Part shown: positions 27,792 to 39,934 of the stretch, one piece after another
Layout: each line of letters begins with the position of its first letter
Position numbering within the stretch: the first letter of the stretch is position 1
Source of the DNA: Microthyrium microscopicum
Lineage: Eukaryota
DNA: 64,000 nucleotides
Assembly: GCA_010405405.1 (NCBI GenBank)
Contig: MU004231.1
Span: 1,929,784-1,993,783 of the forward strand
Direction of reading: 5' to 3'
Notes under the pieces: model-generated
Database searches by the model: none
What the model saw: the letters and a program-made list of their open reading frames with translations, nothing else
Told to the model about the DNA's origin: nothing
Position numbers and translations under genes: made by a program

Positions 27792-28694
27792 NNNNNNNNN
27801 NNNNNNNNNNNNNNNNNNNNNNNNNNNNNNNNNNNNNNNNNNNNNNNNNNNNNNNNNNNNNNNNNNNNNNNNNNNNNNNNNNNNNNNNNNNNNNNNNNNN
27901 NNNNNNNNNNNNNNNNNNNNNNNNNNNNNNNNNNNNNNNNNNNNNNNNNNNNNNNNNNNNNNNNNNNNNNNNNNNNNNNNNNNNNNNNNNNNNNNNNNNN
28001 NNNNNNNNNNNNNNNNNNNNNNNNNNNNNNNNNNNNNNNNNNNNNNNNNNNNNNNNNNNNNNNNNNNNNNNNNNNNNNNNNNNNNNNNNNNNNNNNNNNN
28101 NNNNNNNNNNNNNNNNNNNNNNNNNNNNNNNNNNNNNNNNNNNNNNNNNNNNNNNNNNNNNNNNNNNNNNNNNNNNNNNNNNNNNNNNNNNNNNNNNNNN
28201 NNNNNNNNNNNNNNNNNNNNNNNNNNNNNNNNNNNNNNNNNNNNNNNNNNNNNNNNNNNNNNNNNNNNNNNNNNNNNNNNNNNNNNNNNNNNNNNNNNNN
28301 NNNNNNNNNNNNNNNNNNNNNNNNNNNNNNNNNNNNNNNNNNNNNNNNNNNNNNNNNNNNNNNNNNNNNNNNNNNNNNNNNNNNNNNNNNNNNNNNNNNN
28401 NNNNNNNNNNNNNNNNNNNNNNNNNNNNNNNNNNNNNNNNNNNNNNNNNNNNNNNNNNNNNNNNNNNNNNNNNNNNNNNNNNNNNNNNNNNNNNNNNNNN
28501 NNNNNNNNNNNNNNNNNNNNNNNNNNNNNNNNNNNNNNNNNNNNNNNNNNNNNNNNNNNNNNNNNNNNNNNNNNNNNNNNNNNNNNNNNNNNNNNNNNNN
28601 NNNNNNNNNNNNNNNNNNNNNNNNNNNNNNNNNNNNNNNNNNNNNNNNNNNNNNNNNNNNNNNNNNNNNNNNNNNNNNNNNNNNNNNNNNNNNN
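27792..28694. other. Assembly gap (903 N)
   Basis: Run of N. Confidence 1.
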
Positions 28695-30650
28695 TTATAA
28701 TATTTAAGGTTTAGAGTTTAACGTAAGTATTATCCTTCTAATATATTAAACGTAGTCTTTCTATATACTAACTCTATTATAATTTAGAAACTTAGAAATA
28801 TTAAGTCTTTATACTAAACTAATATTACTTATAGCATAATAGCTAAAGATAAGATCTTTATAGTTAAATTTAATTATTATAGTATATTTATTAAAGTCTT
28901 ATTTAATCTTATACGCTATAAACTAAGTAATAGCTAATAGTATACTTATCCTTTTCTTCTTAATAATTTTAAATATAGTAAAGTAAAGTATATATACTAT
29001 AATGTATTCTTTAACTTAGCTAATAATAATTAAAGATATATTTATTATTATTAGTTTATAAAAAGAAGTTCTATAATCTATTATAGAATTAGTTTTTAGA
29101 TACTAGCTCTTTTAGTATAGTTGTTCTTAAAACTATAGCTAATAATATTATAATATAGTAAGTACTTTATATATAGATAGAGTCTTAGGATTATAGCGTC
29201 TAGAACGTAATACTATTTATAATACTTATATATAGATTAAGGTATAGAGATATTCTTAGAATATTCTATAAGTCCTTAATTCTAATACTAAAATAATATA
29301 ACTAATAGAAACTACCTCTAGTATTTATAAGACAAAATAATAGGTAGCTTACGCTAATATTCTCTTATAAGCTTATTAAATCTAATTGCTATACTAATAC
29401 CTAGTTAAATTTCTAACGAGCTTATAGCCTTTATTAATAACCTTTTAAGCTTATTAATAGATCTTATTCTAAGACTTAGTAAGAGCTTTTATAGAAGGAC
29501 TATACTATAATTAAGTTCTAAGGGGTTTTCTATAGTACTTAAATAAAGTATTAAAGCCTAAATACTACTTAAATGAATTACTTAGTAAATATATATACTC
29601 TATATTAGATTATTATAATAAGTTAATATACTACTTTTTAGTATATTTTTAAACTTATTATAATAAGTTAAAGAGAGTATAAAGCTTAATATTAAGGCTA
29701 AAAAATATAAAGATAACTTATTTTATAATATAAAAGTATTTAGTAAAGTATATTAATTATTTATTAACTCTTCTACTAATATTCTATATAAATATATATT
29801 AAAGAAGAAGAAGTAGAAGAAGTTAAATATTAAAAAGACTAAGTAATTAAATATATATAATTTATTAGCTTCCTTTTATTAAATATAAAGTTAGGCTAAG
29901 CTTTAATATTACTTTTAATAATTTAGCCTTTTAAACCTTAAAAGTTTAAATATATTATCTACTACTCTATTAAGAAATATCTTAGTCTCTACTTAGATAT
30001 AGCTATACTTCTACTAAAAGTAATAGTAGTATATAGACTAATTAAAGTTATATTTACTTAATATAATCTAGTAGACTCTAGTTTTAACGCCTTAATTTAC
30101 TATAATAACTAAGGTCTAAATAAAAGACTTAGAGCTACTTAGATATAGTATACTATATTTAAATAAAGTACTAATAGTTAGAGTAGTAAAGATTAGTATA
30201 TTTAACTTATATTAAGAAGTTAGAAAAGTATAGTTTAAGGAAGTTATTACTATTTAATTATAAATCTTTTATATTTTAATAAGATATTAAAAGATATTTA
30301 AAGATATAAACTAATAGGATACCTTTAAACTTAAGGGTTACTATATAAGATAACTTTTATAGACTACTCTAAACGTTACTTTTAATATTAAAGTTCTAAC
30401 CTTTCTCTATAAGAAAAAGATACTAATTCTATATTATCTTTAGCTTTACTATAACTTATCTAACTATAAGCTTTAAGTAATTAGAAGTCTTTATATAAGT
30501 AGTACCTCCTTAGCTAACTATCTTAATTTATAACTAATAATATACTAGGCCTTTATTTCTAGTAGTATAGTAATAGCTAATATATTCTTACTAATTAGTA
30601 ATTAGTATAAACTTACTATATTTACTCCTTTTAATAGCTTTATAACGTGC

Positions 30651-31516
30651 TTTAACGTAATAGTTGTCTATTAAGGCTTTACTAGCAACGTAATGTTTAA
30701 CTACTAGAGCCTTAATAAATAGACCTAGAATAACTATAGCTATAGTACTTTAACATAATAGCTATCTATTAAGGCTTTACTAGTAATATAACGTTTAACT
30801 ACTAGAGCCTTAATAGATAAACCTAAAATAACTATAGCTATAGTACTTTAATATAATAGCTATCTATTAAAGCTTTATTAGTAACGTAACGTTTAACTAC
30901 TAGAGTAAGAGTAATAAGCTTAAAATAAATTATAGCTATAGTACTTTAACGTAATAGCTATTTATTAAGGCTTTATTAGTAATATAACGTTTAACTACTA
31001 GAGTAAGAGTAATAGGCTTAGAATAAACTATAGCTATAGTACTTTAACGTAATAGCTATCTATTAAGGCTTTACTAGTAATATAGTAAATTAACTACTAG
31101 AGTAAGAGTAATAGGCTTAGAATAAGCTATTACTATTATACTAGCTACTTACTTAATTATAGTAGCTTTACTAGCTATATAGTCTTCTACTACTAGGATA
31201 AGAATAATAAGCTTAGAGTAAACTATTTCTAGCCTAGCTAAGTATACTAACTTCGTAAGCTTATAATCTTTTACTATTAGAGTAAAAATAATAGGCTTAG
31301 AGTAAACTATTTCTAGCCTAGCTAAGTATACTAACTTTATAAGTTTATAATCTTCTACTACTAAAGTAAGAATAATAGGCTTAGAGTAAACTATTTTTAG
31401 CTTAATTAAGTATACTAACTTTATAAGCTTATAATCTTTTATTATTAGAATAAGAATAATAAGCTTAAAGCAAACTATTCCTAGCTTAGCTAAGTATACT
31501 AACTTTATAAGCTATG
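30651..31516. repeat. Composite tandem array: five 98-bp units then four 84-bp units sharing an ACTAGAGTAAGAGTAATAGGCTTAGA-like core
   Basis: TTTAAC-like anchors at 30651, 30749, 30847, 30945, 31043; GCTTAG-like anchors at 31211, 31295, 31379, 31463. Confidence 0.85.
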
Positions 31517-33285
31517 TAATATTTAACTACTAGAGCTAGTATATTAAATATTAGCCTTAATTATTCTAATAAGCTATGCTAGTTGTATAATAATTAATTA
31601 CTAAAATAAGATTAATAGGCTAGAAGTATAGTAGACTTAAATATTATAATAACTAAGTAATATATAAGTATTTATAACTTATTTAGCTTACGTAAATAAG
31701 CTTAAAACTAAAATCTAAAGAAGAATATATAGCTATAAGATATATATCTATATCTAGTACTAGCTTAATAATATATTCTTTTCTAGTATAATAATAAGTT
31801 AAGTATAAATTAAAGAATAGCTTTAACGCTTTAATTATAAGTTAGGATTTCTTTTATTACTTTATTATTCTTTATTAACTCTAAGCTTTAGATAGCTATA
31901 TATAAAATAATTATAATAGAATCTCTAATATTATATATACTAAATTATCTATTAACTTATATCTACTTATACTTATTTTAGTTATTATTAGATAGTCCTA
32001 CCTTAGTTAAGTTAATATTCTATAATAAACTCTATAAAAGAGTAAATTAAAATCTTTATATTACGTACTATTAAGGTAAAGAACTATTCTTAGTATTTTA
32101 TTAGCTAAGATCTTCTAATAAGTTTTAATATTAAATTGTATTATATTAGACGAAAATAAAACTAACCTTATTACTAACTTAACTAATTAATAGTCTATTA
32201 ATAATAATAATTTATAATTACTAATAACTTATACTTACTAATAACCTATAATTATAATTCCTATTTATTCTAGACGCTAAGAAATAGCTTCCTAAAAAGT
32301 ATATTTCCTACTAGGTAAGATAAACTTAAATTACGCGTAAAGTCTTTATTATATAATCTTACTAAGTACTTACTAAAATCCTAGGTACCTAATACGTATT
32401 TATATTATAACCTATATTTATTTTATACTTCTTTATAACCTCTATTATTCTAGCATTAGTCCTTTTCTTATCTATATCTTATATAATATATTAAAACTAT
32501 CTATAAAAAAGATAGTTACTATCTAATATTAGCTCTATTATCTTTTTGCTTAATATAGATTATATATTATATAATAATATAGAAGTAGAGTATAAGATAT
32601 ACTTAAACTAGGACTTTAGCTTTAATTAACGTAATTTAACTAAAAAATAATAATAATATATGTAGGTAGGAAGTAATAGTAAATACTAAAGTAATAGAAG
32701 AAGTAAAATATAAGTAATATTAAAAGGTATATAGAATAAGTATAAAAAAACGTTAAGATTATATTTACTACTTTAAATAATCTATACTAACTATAGTTTT
32801 ATAAGAAGTAAATTAATATCTTATCTAGGTAGGCTACTACTATAATTTTTCTTATATAGAGTAAGCTAAAGTACTTAGTAGTTCTTTTATTAATACTTAT
32901 ACTAAATATATTACTTCTAAACTTATAAATATATTTTCTACTTCTATCTCTTTTCTAGGAAGTACTTCTAAATAAGCTAAGATAAGATAGAAAATATATC
33001 TAAGGCTAAAAGTACTCTTATATAGGCTAACTCTTCTAAAGAGACCTATAGAGATAGATAATATATTTACGTTAGGAAGATTATATATATATCTTAAGTA
33101 TAGATCTTTACTATAGCCTTATCCTTCTTTAATTTTATCTAAACTATAACTACTATAAGGAGTAAGTCTACTTAAGAGGTAAGTAAAGAATATTCTATAT
33201 AAATAGTAGTATAAAAGAATATACAAACTATTATAATTACCTTTTCCTTTTTATAGTAAATATATACTACCTAATTCTTTAGTAA

Positions 33286-33295
33286 NNNNNNNNNN
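33286..33295. other. Assembly gap (10 N)
   Basis: Run of N. Confidence 1.
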
Positions 33296-33494
33296 AATAT
33301 CCTATTAGATATAGAAGAAACTATAATTATTAAACCTGCCTTAATTCCTTACTTATATTATATTATGAAGTAGTATATAAGCTATAGCTACTAGATCTAG
33401 CATTATTAGAATTTAAATCTATATAAATATTTACTAGTTAGTTTCCTTTCCTATTTATTAATTAATATAAATAGTTATATTAATAGCCTAGATT

Positions 33495-33700
33495 TAGACC
33501 TACGTATACTCTTTCTTACTAATTAATTATAAATATATAAATAGTATACTTATTAAACTCTACTTTAGTAAGATTTTCTCTATCTCCTATTATAATTATT
33601 TATATTAATACTTATAATTAGACCTATATATAGTCTTTCTTACTAATTAATGTAAATATATATAAATAGTATACTTATTAACCTTTACTTTAGTAAGATT
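33495..33700. repeat. ~80-bp direct duplication at 124-bp spacing
   Basis: TAGACCTA...CTTTCTTACTAATTAA...TACTTTAGTAAGATT at 33495 and 33619. Confidence 0.75.
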
Positions 33701-34427
33701 CTAGAGTTATTACCTTACTACGTAGGTAATCTTTAAATAGATACCTTAATTAGTATATATATCTTCTAAGTTTATCTATTATAAAAAATAATAAACTTTA
33801 AAACTACCTATTAATTATTTAGAGATAGTAATACCTAAGAGAGCTAGCTAGTATCTTACTTTAATAATAACTTTAGTAAGAAGTAAATATTTAATGTTTA
33901 ATAGGCTTACTAGATCTACTCTACTATCTACCTATATGCTACTATAGCTCTCTTCCTTAGTAATATATATATATATATATATAAATGTTACTAATAACTC
34001 TTTAGTAATTAGAGAGAACTACTACTAAGTTAGGAGTAATACGTAAGATAATTAGTAGTTATAGTTTAGGTTATACTAATATGTAGTATTTAAATATTAG
34101 GAAGGTAAAGATCTTACTAAATAAATAAGATAAGTAAGCTAGTAAGTATATTATTTAGTTATAACTTTCTATTTACTTTACTTATATTACTCTTCTTACT
34201 TATCCTCTTTTCTTCTTAAATAATACTTAGAATACTTTTAAACTTTATTATATTTACTTCTCTAAGAGTACTTTTCTTACTACTTCTAGCTACTATAGCT
34301 TCTTACTTAATATTTATATAATAAGAAGTTAAAAGAATTAGTATAGAGGCTAGTAGAATAACTTTAATAATTAAGAGAACTAAAGATACTTAATTATACT
34401 TTTTACCTACTCTATAATAGAGTTAAG

Positions 34428-34645
34428 ATATAGCTAATTAACCTTATAAAACTAGTATTAATAGCTATTATAGCACGCTAGCTATGTTATTTACCTATTT
34501 TATAATAAAGCTAATATATAGCTAATTAACCTAATAAAACTAGTATTAATAACTAGTATAGTATACTAGCTATGCTATCTATTTATAAATTAATAACTTT
34601 AATACCTAAGTAATTAATCCTACTAAGTTAGTATTAATAGCTAGC
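34428..34645. repeat. 88-bp-period degenerate array, ~3 units
   Basis: TAGCTAATTAACC...AGTATTAATA at 34431, 34519 and ~34607. Confidence 0.65.
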
Positions 34646-36199
34646 GTAAAGTGTAATATATAGTACTATTAATACCTACTATGTAATTACCTAGTAGATT
34701 ATATAAAAGAAGTAATAAAAGTACTTTAAAATAATCTAATAAATAGAAAGAGTAATTAGACTACGCTTATAATATTACTAGAGTAAATAAAGCAAATCTA
34801 CCTATTATAAGTCTTAGAAGTCTTAAATATAGTAATAAGTATATACTTCTTAATAAAATTACTAAACTCTAAAAGCTTACTAGACTATTAAGAGTATAAT
34901 ATATTATTACTATTTATAAATATATACTACTTCTTCTTTCTCTTCCTTTTCCTTAACGTTTATAGATATATACTACTTCTTTTTCTTCTTCCTTTTCCTT
35001 AATAACTACTTTCCTTAGGTTTCTATATAGTAGAGCTATTATTACTATTCTAATAATAATAGGTAATAGTAGCTAATTGAAAACTCTCTAAGACGTTTAT
35101 TACTACCTAATAGTAGTTATAACTACTACTAGACTAAATAGTTAATAAATCTCTTACTATACTCTATTAACCTATACTAATATTAATATCCTTATTGCCT
35201 TAAATATTATAGCTAATACTAGAGTAGAAAGTTAGGAACTACTTCCTTAAAACTAATCTATACTTCTATTAATTTTCTTACTATTTTAGATATATATATA
35301 GTATATCTTACTATACTATAACTCTATTAGATAATATATTAACTTCTTCTTAAGATAAGGCTATATTAATGCTAAAGAAGGCTACTACTCTATTTATAAT
35401 AAAAGAACTTTAAGTACTAACTATCTTTAGATAAAACTTAAAATATTATAGAACTAATATAAGATAAAATATAATTATCTATTATTTTATATATTACTTT
35501 ATAAAGAATCCTATATTATAATAAGTAAAGCTAAGACGTTAATTTAAACTATTAATATAGATAATATTAGTTTGCCTAGTAACGTAAAATTACTCTTATC
35601 TTTATACTTTAAGCTAACTTAGAATAAGTCTAAACTAATAAATAGATATAACTAATACTTAAATAGGAAATTATAGTAACTTTAAACTCCTCTATATTTA
35701 ATATATAATAAAGGTTAATATACTATCCTATATCTAGGACGTGCTTAGAGTTGTCTATTAAATTAATCTTATTATAGAAATAAGAAAGTATTTATTAGTA
35801 AGGCTAAATTAAATAGTATAATCCTATTAGCTAATATTATCTTATATTATTTTATATTATCTAATATTTTCTAATATTAATTAGATTATATTATAATAGA
35901 TAAGATCCTATTATATCTTACTATAAATTTAACCTTATATAGATTATAACTAAAATAGAAACCTTAGATAAATATATATTTATAAATTAACTTCTATAGC
36001 TTTAAATACGCTAGGATTATCTCTATTAAATAATATATTGCCTATAGTCTCTTCTATTATAACCTTTTCTTATATATCTAAGTTATTACTATTAACGTCT
36101 TAGTTAAGAATATTAATAGGCCTAGTTATAATATTATTTCCTATATAATCTTACTTAATAGTAGTTTTATAATTAAAAAACTTAGCTTTAATATTAAGC

Positions 36200-38160
36200 T
36201 TATTAAGTCTTATCCTTTTTATATCTAGTAAGTTATAATATAAGCTATAGTTCTTAATTATAGACTAGGGTTAAGACTTTATAAGGCTATCTTTAATTAG
36301 ATTCTAGCATAATAAGAATATATTATACTCTATACTAGTATTAGTATACTTATTACTAGCCTTATATATAAACGTATATATAAATACGTCTTATAAATAA
36401 CGTATATATATATTATAAAGGTAGACTCTATTAAATATTACCTTAACGTTATAAGTTAAGTTATTAAATAATTTTATATCTCTACTATAGTTACTATTTA
36501 AATACTTTAGTCCTAGATCTATAAGCTTAAAAGAGTTCTTATAGCCTTTCTAATTAACTAAGCTTAAGGCTAGAATAAACCTTTAAAGTTTAAGAGTATT
36601 TATATTAGATAAGTTTTACTTAAGCTATAGTATCTTATCTCTATAGTTATTCTAACTAGTGCTATAAAAGTAAATAGTTAGGAAATTAATTAGAAGGCGT
36701 AAAAGTCTAATATTGCTATACCTAAGGGTATATTATATAATTAAGAGTAACTTAATTTCTTATAAGTACTAATATATAGTTTAGAACTTAATATTATTAG
36801 TTCTATTTAGGCGCTTATTCTATACTTTTCTTATAAAGGCTATTTAATAAATATCTTTAATAATCTTATTAAATTATTTTAAGGATAATTTATTAATATA
36901 GGATTTAAGTAGTTCTAGGATAGTAAAGAATAAATTATTAATATGTCTAAGATAATAATCTTTCTAATTTATACTCTATAAAAATAACGTTAAGACTTTA
37001 CTACTAAATCTTTATATTAAGATAAGAATAACCTAGTAGGTTTAGGTATTATTACGCTTTTTATAGCTTTATCCTTATATATTAACATTATATATAATAA
37101 AATATAGAGCTAGTATATTAACCTTAAAGAAATCCTAATAGGTTTAAATAATATAGAAGAAGTAGTTTATATATATATAGAACTACCTAGGAACTAGATA
37201 AAGGAACTTCCTTAAATTATATAGTTATATTTTATTAAATGTCTTAGCCTTAATAGAGTAGTTAATCTTTATACTTAACTAATTACTATAAGTAAGAAAT
37301 AATCTCTTTTTAAAGATTCTAGTACTTAGATCTAATGCTTATAAACTATTAGTAGAGTTTTTATTATTAACTATACCTAAGATGCTAGATAATAATACTA
37401 GCATAGAATCTACTAGAAAAATACTATATCTAAGATTAGGAGATATACTTATATTACTAATAAACTTAATATCTATACTACCTTCTTTATTAGACGCCTC
37501 TCTAATTTTACTATTATTAAGCTTACTTACGTTATTATTTTTAATATTAATCTACTTATTATTATAGTTATTATCTTTAAGGCTACTACTAGAAGGGGAT
37601 AGATTCTTAGATATATCTATATTAAATCCATCCTAGTTAGAGATATAATAGACTAATAAACTCTTACTATATATTTAGCTAAAAAATAAATAGGCTATAC
37701 TAAATAAAGAGGCGTCTAGTCTAGAGTTAGGTAGAGAAAATAGAATAGACGCTATAATATTTAATAATAAGGCTATGTCTTCTATATTATTAATTAGAGG
37801 TTTTAGGAAGCTAAAATAGCGTAAGAAGATTTTATTATATACTTAGTAAGTACTATCTATTATTTCTTTATTCTTTATAATAGCGCTAAGCTAATTAAAC
37901 TCTATCTTATATAGTATAAGTATATTAATATTTAGTATACTAAACTAGTATTTATCTTTTTTATACTTTGTAATCTAAGGTTTAATAATATCTAGAATAC
38001 TACGTTTTAAAGTATCTATAATAAGGTACTAGCTAATAGTTTTAATATATTTACTTCCTTAGCTATTAGCCTTTACTAATAGGCCTTCCTATATTAATTT
38101 CTAGTTAAACTCCTTTATTAAATTGTATATATCTTATATTAGTCCTTTTAGAGGTAAGGA
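36200..38160 (-). pseudogene. RIP-degraded DUF6589-type (Academ-like) transposase; ends approximate
   Basis: One minus-strand frame, after reversing transitions, gives HGDQLS (37290-37273), PGWFHxxMN (from 37191), GDIGLL (from 36717), AGQNNYGxEML, LVNWKG (from 36561) and DLGLEHLN (36519-36496), in the expected order. Confidence 0.8.
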
Positions 38161-38351
38161 TAGATAAATTATAATAATAGTAGTAGTAATAGCTACTATA
38201 CTTATAGTATTACTTACTATCTTATTACACTTATAAGATATAAAGTTTATATTATTATAATATAGGATAGCCTAATAATTTAGTATATATTATTTAATAT
38301 TTCTTTATATATTAGGCATTAGTAATATATAAGGTCTTTTAAAGTTATAAA

Positions 38352-38465
38352 CTTAAGATTTTTAAAGATCTTATAAGATATATAAAGATCTTATAATATA
38401 TATAAAGATATTATAAAATATATAAAGATTTTATAATATATTTAAAAATTTTATAAAATCTTATA
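38352..38465. repeat. 20-bp-period array (TATAAAGATCTTATAAGATA-like), ~5 units
   Basis: Directly visible; lies upstream of the transposase relic on the minus strand. Confidence 0.8.
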
Positions 38466-39510
38466 TTTAATACTAAGTATAGTATTATTATATACTAAAG
38501 CCTATCTTAAAACCTTCTTTATATATCTTAGTATAGTCTTATAACTAGTATATACTCTAAGAGCTACTAGTAAGTTAATAACCTATCTCTTTATATTTAA
38601 CTTAAGTAAATAGATACTAAGCGTTATTACTAAATAGTTATTTATCTCTCTACTTTACTAATAAAGAATAATTACTATAATTATATATATAAGCTTCTAT
38701 TTTAGCTTATTACTTTATTTATATATCTTATAGTTCTAATTACGTATAAGTTTATAAAGGAAGGCTATCTAGATAGGTATAGTATTTCTTATCTTCTTAA
38801 TAGCTTTCTTAAAGTTAATACTTATACTATCTACTTTACTATTAAAGTAGTTAAAGCTTATAAGTTTTATAAAGGCGTAAAACTCTACTTATAGTTTAGA
38901 ATCTATATAATACTTTAGTAAAATTTTATTACTTAATAACTTTTCTATAACGTTCTTTAAAAACTTATAGTAAGTAATAACGTTAGTATATAGATTACTA
39001 TTAAGAATAATATTACTATAAGTATCTTTTTAGCTAGCTTATAATAGAAGAAACGATTTTATAGTTATCTTCTAATCTTAGATATATTTTAGTATTAAAG
39101 TAAGCTTTTATTTAACTAAATTTAAGCTCTACTATAGTATTATTGTTACTACTAGTTATAAATAACCTAATAGTTTAGTATTATTAAGCTTATATTAGAT
39201 CCTACTTAAAGTATTTATAAGATCTATTATAGTTATTATATTGCTAGAGATATATAAATATAGACTCTTTATTATTATAGAGATAAATCTACCTTTACTA
39301 CTATTATTACTAAAGAGAGGTACGCCTAGCCTATATAGAAATTAGGTTATCTTTATAAGATTCTTCTCTATAATACGTACTTTTAATAGAAAGTATAATT
39401 TATAGAATTAATAAAGGAAAAGATAGTAATTATAATAATAGTAGAATTATTAAAAATATATATATATTAGTAATAAGGACACAATTATAATAATATAGGC
39501 ATTTACTAAT

Positions 39511-39612
39511 AACTACGAAGCGCGTCGCACTAAAAAGGTCCGAGTTGGCCTTAGACCCTCCTGCGGAGGGAGCCCGCGGACGGGCAGGGTTAGGGTTTGA
39601 GAACTGAGATAA
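39511..39612 (-). repeat. Right terminal inverted repeat (imperfect, largely un-RIPed)
   Basis: Reverse complement reads TTATCTCAG...TCCGCGGGCT...GTCTAAGGCCAACTCGGA versus left TTATCTCAG...TCCACTGGCT...GTCTAAGGACAACTAGGA. Confidence 0.8.
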
Positions 39613-39620
39613 GGCTCAAG
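39613..39620. repeat. Right target-site duplication GGCTCAAG
   Basis: Identical to 9702-9709. Confidence 0.85.
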
Positions 39621-39934
39621 CGTCTTCTTTGTTGGGGTCCTCCTTCGTTTCGCGCTTACTTCAGCTGGAAACAGTCTTCGGTTTCATCGGCAGCGACATC
39701 CCACCTTCTCGGTAACTCGGGTGTTTGAAACCCTGCATGTGCTGCACGTGTCGGAATTCCTCTCGGCATGCCGTTATGCATTGATCAATAGCCAAACCAC
39801 GGTTCGATACCGACCAAACTTTGGAAGAGACAGCGAGGCAGCTTTCTATGCGCTCATCCACTCTTTAAAAGTCTGCTCGCCGCCTCCCTCATCGATTATT
39901 GTCCGAGTCTCGTCTATCTGTTTCCATAGCCATT

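Larger units (their letters stand above)
9710..39612. mobile_element. ~29.9 kb RIP-inactivated TIR DNA transposon, AcademH-like (RecQ-like helicase plus DUF6589-type transposase) with internal cargo relics
   Basis: Inverted termini TTATCTCAG/CTGAGATAA, imperfect ~100 bp TIRs, 8-bp TSD, TpA-rich interior, helicase and transposase relics at opposite ends. Confidence 0.8.

Noticed and set aside
26762..31516. CRISPR-like repeat/spacer appearance of the arrays
   Set aside because: Eukaryotic DNA, no cas genes, and neighbouring 'spacers' are homologous to each other.
16715..37567. ORF-track calls 16715..16975 and 37382..37567
   Set aside because: I/L/N-rich chance ORFs in RIPed DNA; the second is antisense to the transposase relic.
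9766..39481. TAAGGACA direct repeat (9766-9773 and 39474-39481) as TSD
   Set aside because: The left copy lies inside the TIR; GGCTCAAG abutting perfect inverted termini fits much better.
39556..39570. GC hairpin as a Helitron 3' end
   Set aside because: Lies within a TIR with a TSD; no Rep or Pif1 motifs seen.
39586..39598. AGGGTTAGGGTTT as a telomere relic, with the helicase as a telomere-linked helicase
   Set aside because: Only about two units, inside the right TIR, and the locus is flanked by housekeeping genes on both sides.
9710..39612. Starship element
   Set aside because: No DUF3435 tyrosine-recombinase motifs found at either end; the terminal genes are a RecQ-like helicase and a DUF6589-type protein, with TIRs and an 8-bp TSD.
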